From contig RFKQ01000075.1 in the NCBI GenBank assembly GCA_003694635.1, positions 1-51,717 on the forward strand: a stretch of 51,717 nt of DNA, written 5' to 3'. The position numbers and the translations under genes are program-made. Shown here piece after piece: positions 19,161 through 27,799 of this stretch; the first letter of the stretch is position 1, and every line of letters begins with the position of its first letter. The notes under the pieces are model-generated. The model did not search any database. It was not told the DNA's origin and saw nothing but the letters and a program-made list of their open reading frames with translations. The stretch comes from Planctomycetota bacterium. GTDB lineage: Bacteria; Planctomycetota; J132.

Positions 19161-20495
19161 ATGAAACCATCCAACCCTCTCCATAACTCCTATCTAGGCC
19201 CCAAAACCCTCATTGGAACCATCCTAGGCATCGGCCTTTACCGACTGTACCACTTCCTCTTCCTACAACCCCAACACCTCACAGATCCCTACTTTCTCTA
19301 CGATCTCAAAAACTACCTCTGGGCAGCCCAAAATTTGACCCAACCAGAAACCATCTACCACCCACAACGACTCCATCCTTACAAATACCCCCCCTTCTTC
19401 CTCCTACCCCTATCCCTCCTCACCCAATTCCCACTCCCCTGGGCAGCCGCAATATTCTGGGCGACCTCCGTCCTAGCCTTCGCCCTCTCCATCGCCCTCG
19501 CACTCCAACTAGCCAAAAATCAAACCCCAACCATCTACTTCTGGCTCGCCTTCCTTCTCCTCTACGACTACTGGCGCGTCTCCCTCCGCCTAGGACAAGT
19601 GCAATCCTTCTGGTTCCTAGCAATCATGGGAGCCGTGTACCTAGAAAAACAAAAACATTACACCCTCGCCGGTATCTCCCTAGCCCTAGGCGCCCAAATC
19701 AAAATTATTCCCCTACTCTTCCTCGGATACTTCCTCTCCCGTAAATCCTGGAAAGTACTCCTAGGCTTCCTCCTAGGAATAGCTCTCTCTACCCTCACCC
19801 TCGGGATATGCTGGGGATGGCCCCTCACCCTCCAACTTCACATCTCCTTTACAAAATTAATCCTACTCCAATCCACCCAACTCAACACCCTCGAAACCCT
19901 ACACTATAAAAATCATTCCCTCCTCAAAGTACTCATCGCACCCCTGGCCAACCAACCCTACACCTACAACCAATGGCAATGGAATATCGCCTCTCTTCCC
20001 CTAAACTTTCTAAAAATATACGCCTATAGCCTCGCCCTACTCCTACTTGGCTACACCACCTGGCTAAGCCACCACCACCCCCATCTGCGCCTATTCTCTA
20101 TCGCACAATTTACCCTCCTCTGCCTACTCCTCCCCCCCATCGTCTGGCATGACTATTATTACCTCCTCATCCTACCCCTAGCCGTCGCCTTCCAAAAAAA
20201 CAAAACCCTAAACTTCAAATCCATATCCTTCTGGATATTCGCCCTACTCTTCCTCGCCATGCCCCGCCTCTTTCACCACTTCGGCGGAGAAAGATTCTAT
20301 TGGTTCCTCGGCGGCGAAACCTTAGGACTACTCGCTCTCTGGTGGAACCTAACCCAATTTTATAAAATACCATCCCCAAACTCCAACCCGGACGAAAAAA
20401 ATCCTACAAAAGCTCAGAAATCCTCTCCAACTCCGCCTTCAACTCCACCGGACTCTCAAATCGATCCTCCGGCATCTTCTGCATCAACCGCATAA
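19161..20495 (+). CDS. GT87/DUF2029-like polytopic membrane glycosyltransferase
   Basis: It is polytopic, with YKYPPFFLL in the first loop, which is typical of GT87/DUF2029 (GT-C fold). The low-complexity P/S/T tail overlaps the convergent kinase gene by 92 nt, so the true stop-proximal part may be non-functional read-through. Confidence 0.65.
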   Translation: MKPSNPLHNSYLGPKTLIGTILGIGLYRLYHFLFLQPQHLTDPYFLYDLKNYLWAAQNLTQPETIYHPQRLHPYKYPPFFLLPLSLLTQFPLPWAAAIFWATSVLAFALSIALALQLAKNQTPTIYFWLAFLLLYDYWRVSLRLGQVQSFWFLAIMGAVYLEKQKHYTLAGISLALGAQIKIIPLLFLGYFLSRKSWKVLLGFLLGIALSTLTLGICWGWPLTLQLHISFTKLILLQSTQLNTLETLHYKNHSLLKVLIAPLANQPYTYNQWQWNIASLPLNFLKIYAYSLALLLLGYTTWLSHHHPHLRLFSIAQFTLLCLLLPPIVWHDYYYLLILPLAVAFQKNKTLNFKSISFWIFALLFLAMPRLFHHFGGERFYWFLGGETLGLLALWWNLTQFYKIPSPNSNPDEKNPTKAQKSSPTPPSTPPDSQIDPPASSASTA

Positions 20496-22833
20496 TCAAC
20501 TCCGCTAACTCCGGCAATAACTCCGGCTTGCGCTCCCGCGGGTCCGGCACCGGCGAACGAACATGCTTGGCCATCACCGCCGCCGCCGTATACCCCTCAA
20601 AAGGCACTGTCCCCGTCACCATATGAAACAAAGAAGCACCTAACCCATACATGTCCGTGCGACAATCCACCTTCTGTCCCCTCGCCTGCTCCGGAGCAAT
20701 ATAATACGGAGAACCCATCGCCATTCCCGCAGCTGTCAAATTCTTATTGCTATCCAACTGCTTGGCAATCCCCAAATCACACAACTTCGCCACCTTGTCC
20801 TTGGTATACATAATATTCTCCGGCTTAATGTCCCGATGCACCACCCGCTTCTGCCAAGCGTAAATCAACGCCTCCGTAACCTGCAACACTATATCTACCG
20901 CCAACTTTTCCGATAAATACCCACCTTCCGTTTCTTCCATAATATCCTTGACAGATTTTCCCTCCACATACTCCATCGAATAATAGTAATAATCCCCCGA
21001 AATCCCTACATCGTACGCCTTCACAATGTTGGGATGCTCAAACTCAATCGACGCCTGAGCCTCCATAATAAAACGCTTTAAAAACTCCTTGTCCTCCGCC
21101 ACGTGCGGCAACAATACCTTCAACGCCAACAGTTTACTCTCCCCCTCCAAACTCGCCAAATATACCAACCCCATCGCACCCTGCCCCAAAACCCGATAAA
21201 CCCGATACCCCTCAATCGGACTCTCTAACCCCTCCTCCGCCTCCACCTCCACCCCCTCTCCACCTCCAGAAGAAACATCCTCCCCCTTCACTCCACCCTT
21301 TAACTGTGCCTGCCACTGCTCCAAATCCCTCAATAACTCCTCCGGCGTCTGATAACGATCCTCCTTCCTCTTCGCCATCATCTTCGCCAAAATCTCCGAA
21401 AACCGCCGACTTACCCCCTCCCGATACTCACAAGCCATCGGTACCGGCGCCGTGGCATGCTGCAACAAAACCTGCGTCGGCGAATTCCCATCGTAAGGCA
21501 CCCGCCCCGTCACCATGTGAAACAACGTCGTACCCAACGCATAAATATCACTCCTCGTATCCACCTCCGCACCCTTGGCCTGCTCCGGAGAAATATAATA
21601 CGGCGTCCCTACCGCCATCCCCTCCTGAGTCAGCGATAAATCCTTGTCCAAACACTTGGCAATCCCTAAATCACATAACTTAGCATTCCCCGTACTCTTG
21701 TCTATCATAATATTCTCCGGCTTAATGTCCCGATGCACCACCCGCTTCTGCCAAGCATATTCCAACGCCTTAGCAATCTGTATCGCATACTCCAACGTCT
21801 TCTCCTCCGTCAATGCCCCCTCGTCCAAAAGATCCTTCACCGCAAAACCATCCACATACTCCATCGAATAATAACAATTCTCCCCCGATACCCCCACATC
21901 AAATGCCCGCACAATATGCGGATGATCAAACTCAATCGACGCCACCGCCTCCTGCAAAAAACGACGCAAATACGCAGGATCCTCCGAATAATTCCCATGC
22001 AACACCTTCAACGCTACCAACTGATCCGTCCCCTTCTCCCGAGCCTTGTACACCGTCCCCATACCCCCCTCCCCCAATACCTTCTCGCAAATATAACCCT
22101 CCACCGGACTCTTGATCGGCATCACCCGCCTTAACTCCTGCAACGCTTCCCCTCGAATATACTTCTTCTCTATCAAAACCTCATCCAAACCCTTCTCCAA
22201 CCCCATCTCCTTCATCTTAGCACAAATGCGACGACACTCCTCCACCTTCTCCAAACTCACCAAACCCATCTCCAAAGCCTTTCGCGCAAATAACTCCCCA
22301 TAACTCAACTCCCCCTCCTCCTGGGATGCATACAAACTACTCTCCAAAGCATCCGCACTCGACTCCGCCGAAGAAGAAGATGCCCCCCTCTTCGAGGACT
22401 GTGCTCCCCCCTGCTCTCCCCTCTGCTGCTGCAAAATACGCTGCTGGGCCTGCAACAACGCCCGATGATGCTGAGGAAGAATATACCCCCTCTCCACCAA
22501 AATCTCCCCTAACCTCTTGGTATATCCACCCGACTTCTGCAACTGTAAACACTCATTCACCTGAGACTGCGTCACTAACCCATTCTTTACCGCTAAACGA
22601 CCATACAACGTATCATCCCGAATCAGCAAACTAATCCTCTGCGCCCGCAATACCTTCTCCACCTGCTGAGGTGTCAAAATCCCCGCCTGAATGAAAATAT
22701 CTCCGATCGATACACGCCTACCCTCCCGAATATACCGCTCCTGCAAACTTAAACAATGACGTACCTGCTCCTCCGTCGCCAATCGATTGGAAATCACTAT
22801 CCTTCCAAATAATATGTCCACTTCTGAACCCAT
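20404..22833 (-). CDS. Tandem (dual) Hanks-type Ser/Thr protein kinase with N-terminal MshEN/T2SSE_N-like repeats
   Basis: There are two complete kinase domains. The first has GEGGMGTVYKA..VALKVL, HRDIKPENIMI, DLGIAK and GTPYYISPEQ. The second has GQGAMGLVYLA..LALKVL, HRDIKPENIMY, DLGIAK and GSPYYIAPEQ. They are preceded by about six 24-aa repeats. Confidence 0.9.
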   Translation of the reverse strand: MGSEVDILFGRIVISNRLATEEQVRHCLSLQERYIREGRRVSIGDIFIQAGILTPQQVEKVLRAQRISLLIRDDTLYGRLAVKNGLVTQSQVNECLQLQKSGGYTKRLGEILVERGYILPQHHRALLQAQQRILQQQRGEQGGAQSSKRGASSSSAESSADALESSLYASQEEGELSYGELFARKALEMGLVSLEKVEECRRICAKMKEMGLEKGLDEVLIEKKYIRGEALQELRRVMPIKSPVEGYICEKVLGEGGMGTVYKAREKGTDQLVALKVLHGNYSEDPAYLRRFLQEAVASIEFDHPHIVRAFDVGVSGENCYYSMEYVDGFAVKDLLDEGALTEEKTLEYAIQIAKALEYAWQKRVVHRDIKPENIMIDKSTGNAKLCDLGIAKCLDKDLSLTQEGMAVGTPYYISPEQAKGAEVDTRSDIYALGTTLFHMVTGRVPYDGNSPTQVLLQHATAPVPMACEYREGVSRRFSEILAKMMAKRKEDRYQTPEELLRDLEQWQAQLKGGVKGEDVSSGGGEGVEVEAEEGLESPIEGYRVYRVLGQGAMGLVYLASLEGESKLLALKVLLPHVAEDKEFLKRFIMEAQASIEFEHPNIVKAYDVGISGDYYYYSMEYVEGKSVKDIMEETEGGYLSEKLAVDIVLQVTEALIYAWQKRVVHRDIKPENIMYTKDKVAKLCDLGIAKQLDSNKNLTAAGMAMGSPYYIAPEQARGQKVDCRTDMYGLGASLFHMVTGTVPFEGYTAAAVMAKHVRSPVPDPRERKPELLPELAELIMRLMQKMPEDRFESPVELKAELERISELL

Positions 22834-22950
22834 AATACCCTTGCCTTCTGTCTGTTAAATACATAAATCCGCTAACGGCTTACAATCCATAATTCTATCA
22901 TATATCTCCCCTATCTTCAAGCACTAATCCACTACAGGCGAACCAAATCT

Positions 22951-23661
22951 CTAACGCAAACGCAAAATCCTATCCCCCCTCAAATAAAAACTTGACCTAT
23001 GCTCTAACTCTAACCTCTTGCGCGCAAAAACTTCCCGAAAACCCTCCCGTAGCCTCCGGCGAAACTTTAACCCAACCGGAGCAGTGGAAATCGCCTCCTC
23101 CACCACCCTAGAAAAAATCGTATAAAACCTCTCTGCCCTCAACAACAAAAGACAATATACCCTCCCCTCACGCCGATCATAAAAATACCTCAAAGGCAAC
23201 GCCTCCAAAACCAAAGAACGAAGCAAAACATCCCGCGCCTCCCATCGATATAACACCCCATGCACCCGACAACCCCTACTCCCACCCTCCCGCAATCCAC
23301 ATGTGTGCCAACAAACCAACGATACCCAACTGTCCCAACGACTGCGCAAAAAATCCAATAAACTCCTGCGAGCCAAACGCAACGACTCCCCATAAGATAC
23401 CTTCACCGAAAAACGATGAGAACTCCATCCATACGATAAAAAATATCCCTGTACCGCATCCGATGATAAAAACCTCCCATGCACCAAACAAACCCTACCC
23501 ATGTCATACCCCCCTTCCCAACAAATACACCTGTCCCCAACCTCAACCCTCTCCTGAGCACAGGAAAACCAAATCAAACAAAATAAAACAACCCAACCTA
23601 CATCAACCCAACTTCGAAACAATAAGCGTAAAGCTGCCAACAATCTCCAAACCCTCCTCAC
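22951..23661 (-). CDS. Hypothetical lipoprotein
   Basis: It starts with GTG and has a signal peptide with a lipobox-like LIWFSC. No recognisable domain was found. It is Arg/Trp/Cys-rich, and its composition is dominated by the local G+T-rich coding strand. Confidence 0.45.
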   Translation of the reverse strand: MRRVWRLLAALRLLFRSWVDVGWVVLFCLIWFSCAQERVEVGDRCICWEGGYDMGRVCLVHGRFLSSDAVQGYFLSYGWSSHRFSVKVSYGESLRLARRSLLDFLRSRWDSWVSLVCWHTCGLREGGSRGCRVHGVLYRWEARDVLLRSLVLEALPLRYFYDRREGRVYCLLLLRAERFYTIFSRVVEEAISTAPVGLKFRRRLREGFREVFARKRLELEHRSSFYLRGDRILRLR

Positions 23662-23966
23662 TCACGTCTCTTCTCTCAACAACTCTAAGCCAAACTATTC
23701 TAAAATTTGCCCTGAAAATATTCAACCATTTTCCCTAAAATCTCGTATGAGAAAAAACCTCTAACCATAGCAGGTGTCCCAAAACGAGACAGGGTTACTA
23801 TAATTTTTTTTACAAATTTTGAAAAAATTTTCAAAATTTTTATCTTTATCTTTCTAAAAATCTAACTCTCTGAAAAATAAAGAAAATACGAAAAATTCTA
23901 AAAGTAAAAATTTCCAAAAATAAAGCGATTACCTTCGAAAGGTACGATTTTTGCTAAAATATCGCC

Positions 23967-24145
23967 AAACATACTCGGGTTTTCTCCTCTTCTACCTCGC
24001 CCTCGGGAGGCGGGTCGGTATAGGGCGAAATCCGAAAGGAGAAAACCCCCCCTCACTCCGTATAAGCAAAACCTTCAGCGTTTATACGTAAAGGGCAAGG
24101 TGTGTGATTTCTGAATCTCCCCCACCCTGGGTGGGGGTTCTGCAA
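23967..24145 (+). ncRNA. Candidate structured small RNA (unknown family)
   Basis: An extended -10 TGcTAAAAT lies at 23952-23960. There is a 12-bp perfect long-range helix (GGGTTTTCTCCT 23977-23988 with AGGAGAAAACCC 24037-24048) and a 7-bp helix (CGTATAA 24059-24065 with TTATACG 24082-24088). A terminal 8-bp GC hairpin (24119-24137) is followed by TTCTG. G content is locally restored inside an otherwise G-depleted strand. Confidence 0.35.
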
Positions 24146-24422
24146 AAACTATGCCTCTCTAACAAAAACTTCTAAAAACCTCTAAAAACTCCCCCAAAAC
24201 TATAACAGGAGCTACACTATACCCAGAACCAGCCCAATTTCTCCCCCTTTTCAAAGCCTCTAATCTTTGCCCACTAAAATGACCACCTCTCTCCCATAAC
24301 AAATCCCACCACCACCACAAATGAACAAAAAAATAAAAACAAAATCCCCCCACAATTAAGTATCCCGTAGTGAAAACTACCAGATGGAAACTCCAGAAAT
24401 ACGAAAACTCCCCCCCGCCTGC

Positions 24423-27400
24423 CTATTGCCCCAACTTCCTCACCGTGCGCGTGATATTCCCATTGGGATCCTGCGCCACAATCTCTATCACCTTCACCCG
24501 CATAATATCAATTTTGGCACGCCACCTACCCCCCTTATCCACCTTCACCTCCTGCCCATTTACCCACACCCGAGAGCCAGGCTTGTCCACCTTCCCCTGA
24601 ATCTCCACCACAAAACTCACCGATGGGGGGCGAGTGTCAATATTGATCTTCACCTCCCTAGAAGAGGTATTCCCAGCCCTATCCCTAGCCACCACACGTA
24701 TCCAATGCTCCCCGTCTTTCGCAAAACGAACATATGCTAAAAAACCCCCCTTCTTTAAAAGCTTTGCAGAAACACCATTGACCCTTACCTCCGCTAAATT
24801 CTCATCCTGTACCGTCCCTAAAACCGCTATTTTCCTCCGATTTAGCCGAAGACCCGAAGCAGGTGAACGAATGGAGAGCACCGGAGCCTTCGTGTCAATC
24901 ACAACAGTGCGTACCCGCTCAGCTACATTCCCTAAAGTGTCCTCCGCACGAACTCTTAACCTATACCTCCCATCCTTAGGAAAATCTAAAATAGCCGCAA
25001 ACTTCCCCTTCCTATAGCGCGTATACTTGCCATTGACCAACACAGATTTTAAATGCGGATCCTCCACCTTCCCCACAACCCGCACCTTCCTCTTGTTTAA
25101 ATGCGCATCCTGAACAGGAAAAAGAAACTCCAACCGGGGAGCACGAGAATCCAACTCCAACCAACGTCGTACCTCCACCTCACGACCAGCAAAATCCCTC
25201 CCCCACAACTGCAAAAGATTCTTCCCCTCCTTCAAAGCAACACGAACGCGAAAATAACTCCTACCCTCCCGAAACTCAAACGAAACCAAACGCTTGTTCA
25301 ATCGCAACTCAGACAAACGCTTATTGGCTACTCCCTCCACCCAAACCTGAGACTGGCCTACCAATAACCTCTGAGGACGAACCAAGCTCAACTTCAATGG
25401 AACCAAATCCACCTCCACCCAAAACTCCTTCTTCGCCACATTCCCCGCCTTGTCCCTCGCCACCACCTCAATCCGCTTCTTCCCTGAGGTGGAAAACACC
25501 AACAAACTCCCGAAAACTCCCCTGCGTGGAAAATAACGAGCCAACTTCCCATTCACCCAAACCTGCGCCAGATTCTCCTCCTCCACCCTAGCCATCACCT
25601 TCACCTCCCTACGAGAAACACGCACCCCCGGCAACGGCGCGCGCACCTCCACCCTAGGCGCCCGGGTGTCCAAGTGCACCCTTAACCACTCCACAACCCT
25701 ATTCCCCGCCCGATCCCGCGCCTCCAAACGAACCTCCTTTAACCCCTCCCCTACGCCCAAATCCCACCAAAACTCAAAACGCCCCCCCTCCTGCAAAGCA
25801 ACTACCTCACCATTTGCACTCATCGATTGAAAATGCTCATCCTCCACCCTACCTCGCACCAAAACCTTGCGCCGATTATGCCAACTCCCAGACTTCGGCG
25901 AACTCACCTCCAAACGAGGTGGAGTAGCATCCAAAACCAACTCTTCCCTCCAACTCCCCTCGGACTCCACGCCCTTCGCCCGAATCCAAATCGGATTCCT
26001 CCCCTCCCTTAACCGTAAACGCACCTGGAAAAACGTACGAACCCCCTTCGGACGCTTCACATAACGCAACTGCGCCCGCTGACCATTCACCTCCGCCCAT
26101 AATACCTTCTGGTTAAACATCCCATAATACCAAGTCTCCGAAGAACTCACCAATAAGCTCGCCGGTGCCAACCTCTTCATCCTCAAAGGAACCACCCTCC
26201 GACGTAGAGAAAAATAAGACGTCGAACCATTTCCATACCTATCCCAAGCCTCCACCTTGAGACGATTTAAACCCGGCGCCAACTTTACCCTCGCCTTGTA
26301 AAGACCATTTCCCAAAACCTCCGCCTCCTCCCCCTGCACCAATACCCTCCCCACACCAGAATCATCCACCACCCGCAAAATAACCTCCACAAACGAACGC
26401 ACCACCACTCCCTCCAATGGCGGAGATACCCACGAAATCACCGGCCCCACCACATCCGTCCGTAACCGACGAACCAATATCGCCCGATTCCCCGCCTTGT
26501 CCTCCGCCTCCACACGAATAACCCTCTTCTTCCCCAACAAAAGCCTGCAAACAAAATTCCCATTCCCCGTCATTTGCGCCAGAAAACCATTCACCTTCAC
26601 ATACTTCAAATTCTCCTCCACCACCCGACCCGCAACCAACACCTCACCCCCCTTCACCACCGCCCCCTCCCGAGGACGAAAAACCTCCAAACGCGGCGCC
26701 TTTGTGTCTAAAAAAACATAAAAAGAAAAACGACCTACGTTCCCATGCACATCCCGCGCCTTCACCAAAATCGTATTCCTCCCCTCCTTTAACCGAGCCA
26801 AAAACACAAACTTCCCCTTGCTCACCAAAACTCTCTTCCCTTGCACCACTACCCCCGCCAAAGGACTCTTGTCCTTCACCTCCCCCAAAATCGTCAACGT
26901 AGCCTCCCTAAAAAACTGACCCAACGGCGGATATAAAATCCGTATCTTCGGCGCCTCCCCATCCGCAACCACCACCTTTTTACCTACCTCCGCTTCCACC
27001 CGATTGGCTGTGGAACGCACAATCTTCAACGATGGATTCCCGCAACGCAACAAAACCCGCTCTAACCCCACGCGCCTGCCCCGAAACGTAATCTCATATA
27101 TCGCCGTCTGCTTCAAATACGAACGACGTACCGCAGCCTTAACGCGCTTCACCCCCTTCAAAAACGCCTCAAATAACACTACCTGAGGATAAGAAATCTT
27201 GGAAATCACCACCTCAAACTCCCCCTCCAAACGACTAGCCTTCTTCCAAAAAATCCCAATGCGCTTGGCCGCCTCCCGCGCCCCCTTCTTCGCCATCCGC
27301 ATCAAAAATCGCATCGAAGAAACCGACGGCTTACGGTACGCCTTAGACCATATCACCTGTGCTGTGTCCACCACAATCGCTTTAAATGAACAGCGAATGT

Positions 27401-27737
27401 TATAAAACCGATAAGAACGACCGTAAATCTCCCGCACCCCTTGCAACTCCAGCCGAACCTTCCCCGCAAAAATCACCTCCACCCCATAGCGATGCTTCAA
27501 CGCCAATAACTTCTTCCTATCCTTGCTATAAATGGCCGCATCCACCTTCTTGATATTTTTAAGCTGATCCCTGTCCACAATCCTATAGCCAGCACCAAGA
27601 AAAACCTCCTCCACCACACCCGCCACCAAATCCGCCCTCTGACCCTGAATGTAAACCAAAACCCTCGGCTTCGCAATATCCGCCCAAAGAACATCAGAAA
27701 AACAAACCAAAGCCAACAAAACGAAAATACGTCTCAT
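24423..27737 (-). CDS. Secreted 1104-aa protein: N-terminal LpoB/CsgG/FlgT-like alpha/beta domains plus 10 tandem ~85-aa Ig-like (D-T-x-A-P type) modules
   Basis: The signal peptide is MRRIFVLLALVCFSDVLWA. The recurring module is DT(K/R)AP.LEV..P..G..V....V.V.G.V.DE.L..V.VNG.......G.F......L.EG.N.I.V.A.D.AGN. The SD-like GGGAGAG lies 7 nt upstream of the ATG. Confidence 0.8.
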   Translation of the reverse strand: MRRIFVLLALVCFSDVLWADIAKPRVLVYIQGQRADLVAGVVEEVFLGAGYRIVDRDQLKNIKKVDAAIYSKDRKKLLALKHRYGVEVIFAGKVRLELQGVREIYGRSYRFYNIRCSFKAIVVDTAQVIWSKAYRKPSVSSMRFLMRMAKKGAREAAKRIGIFWKKASRLEGEFEVVISKISYPQVVLFEAFLKGVKRVKAAVRRSYLKQTAIYEITFRGRRVGLERVLLRCGNPSLKIVRSTANRVEAEVGKKVVVADGEAPKIRILYPPLGQFFREATLTILGEVKDKSPLAGVVVQGKRVLVSKGKFVFLARLKEGRNTILVKARDVHGNVGRFSFYVFLDTKAPRLEVFRPREGAVVKGGEVLVAGRVVEENLKYVKVNGFLAQMTGNGNFVCRLLLGKKRVIRVEAEDKAGNRAILVRRLRTDVVGPVISWVSPPLEGVVVRSFVEVILRVVDDSGVGRVLVQGEEAEVLGNGLYKARVKLAPGLNRLKVEAWDRYGNGSTSYFSLRRRVVPLRMKRLAPASLLVSSSETWYYGMFNQKVLWAEVNGQRAQLRYVKRPKGVRTFFQVRLRLREGRNPIWIRAKGVESEGSWREELVLDATPPRLEVSSPKSGSWHNRRKVLVRGRVEDEHFQSMSANGEVVALQEGGRFEFWWDLGVGEGLKEVRLEARDRAGNRVVEWLRVHLDTRAPRVEVRAPLPGVRVSRREVKVMARVEEENLAQVWVNGKLARYFPRRGVFGSLLVFSTSGKKRIEVVARDKAGNVAKKEFWVEVDLVPLKLSLVRPQRLLVGQSQVWVEGVANKRLSELRLNKRLVSFEFREGRSYFRVRVALKEGKNLLQLWGRDFAGREVEVRRWLELDSRAPRLEFLFPVQDAHLNKRKVRVVGKVEDPHLKSVLVNGKYTRYRKGKFAAILDFPKDGRYRLRVRAEDTLGNVAERVRTVVIDTKAPVLSIRSPASGLRLNRRKIAVLGTVQDENLAEVRVNGVSAKLLKKGGFLAYVRFAKDGEHWIRVVARDRAGNTSSREVKINIDTRPPSVSFVVEIQGKVDKPGSRVWVNGQEVKVDKGGRWRAKIDIMRVKVIEIVAQDPNGNITRTVRKLGQ

Positions 27738-27799
27738 CTCTTAACTCTCCCTTACAACAAAAGCCAAACTCCATAAACTCAATCCAATCCCCAACATCC

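Noticed and set aside
21306-22634. Series of + strand ORFs (125, 60, 75, 133, 100, 63 and 102 aa) rich in P/T/S/H, antisense to the dual kinase; similar sets lie antisense to the Ig-repeat gene (24370-27405), serS (30025-30991), glgX (33232-35080) and the LbH gene (29466-29819)
   Set aside because: They are low-complexity with no recognisable domains or start signals. They are fully explained by scarcity of stop codons on the A+C-rich strand, opposite well-supported genes.
23967-24145. Possibility that the structured segment is SRP (4.5S) RNA, RNase P RNA, tmRNA, 6S RNA or a known riboswitch
   Set aside because: The UCC-GAAA-GGA hairpin resembles the SRP helix 8 apex, but the flanking conserved AGCA/GGUCA symmetric-loop sequence is absent. 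There is no RNase P GAGGAAAGUCC core and no tmRNA acceptor or tag region. No long end-to-end 6S-type helix is present, and no downstream + strand gene exists for a riboswitch. It is kept as an unknown-family candidate only.
24159-24353. 64-aa minus-strand ORF (WWWW-containing) between the Ig-repeat gene and the candidate RNA
   Set aside because: No SD was found, the composition is typical of random translation of the G+T-rich minus strand, and no similarity was recognised.
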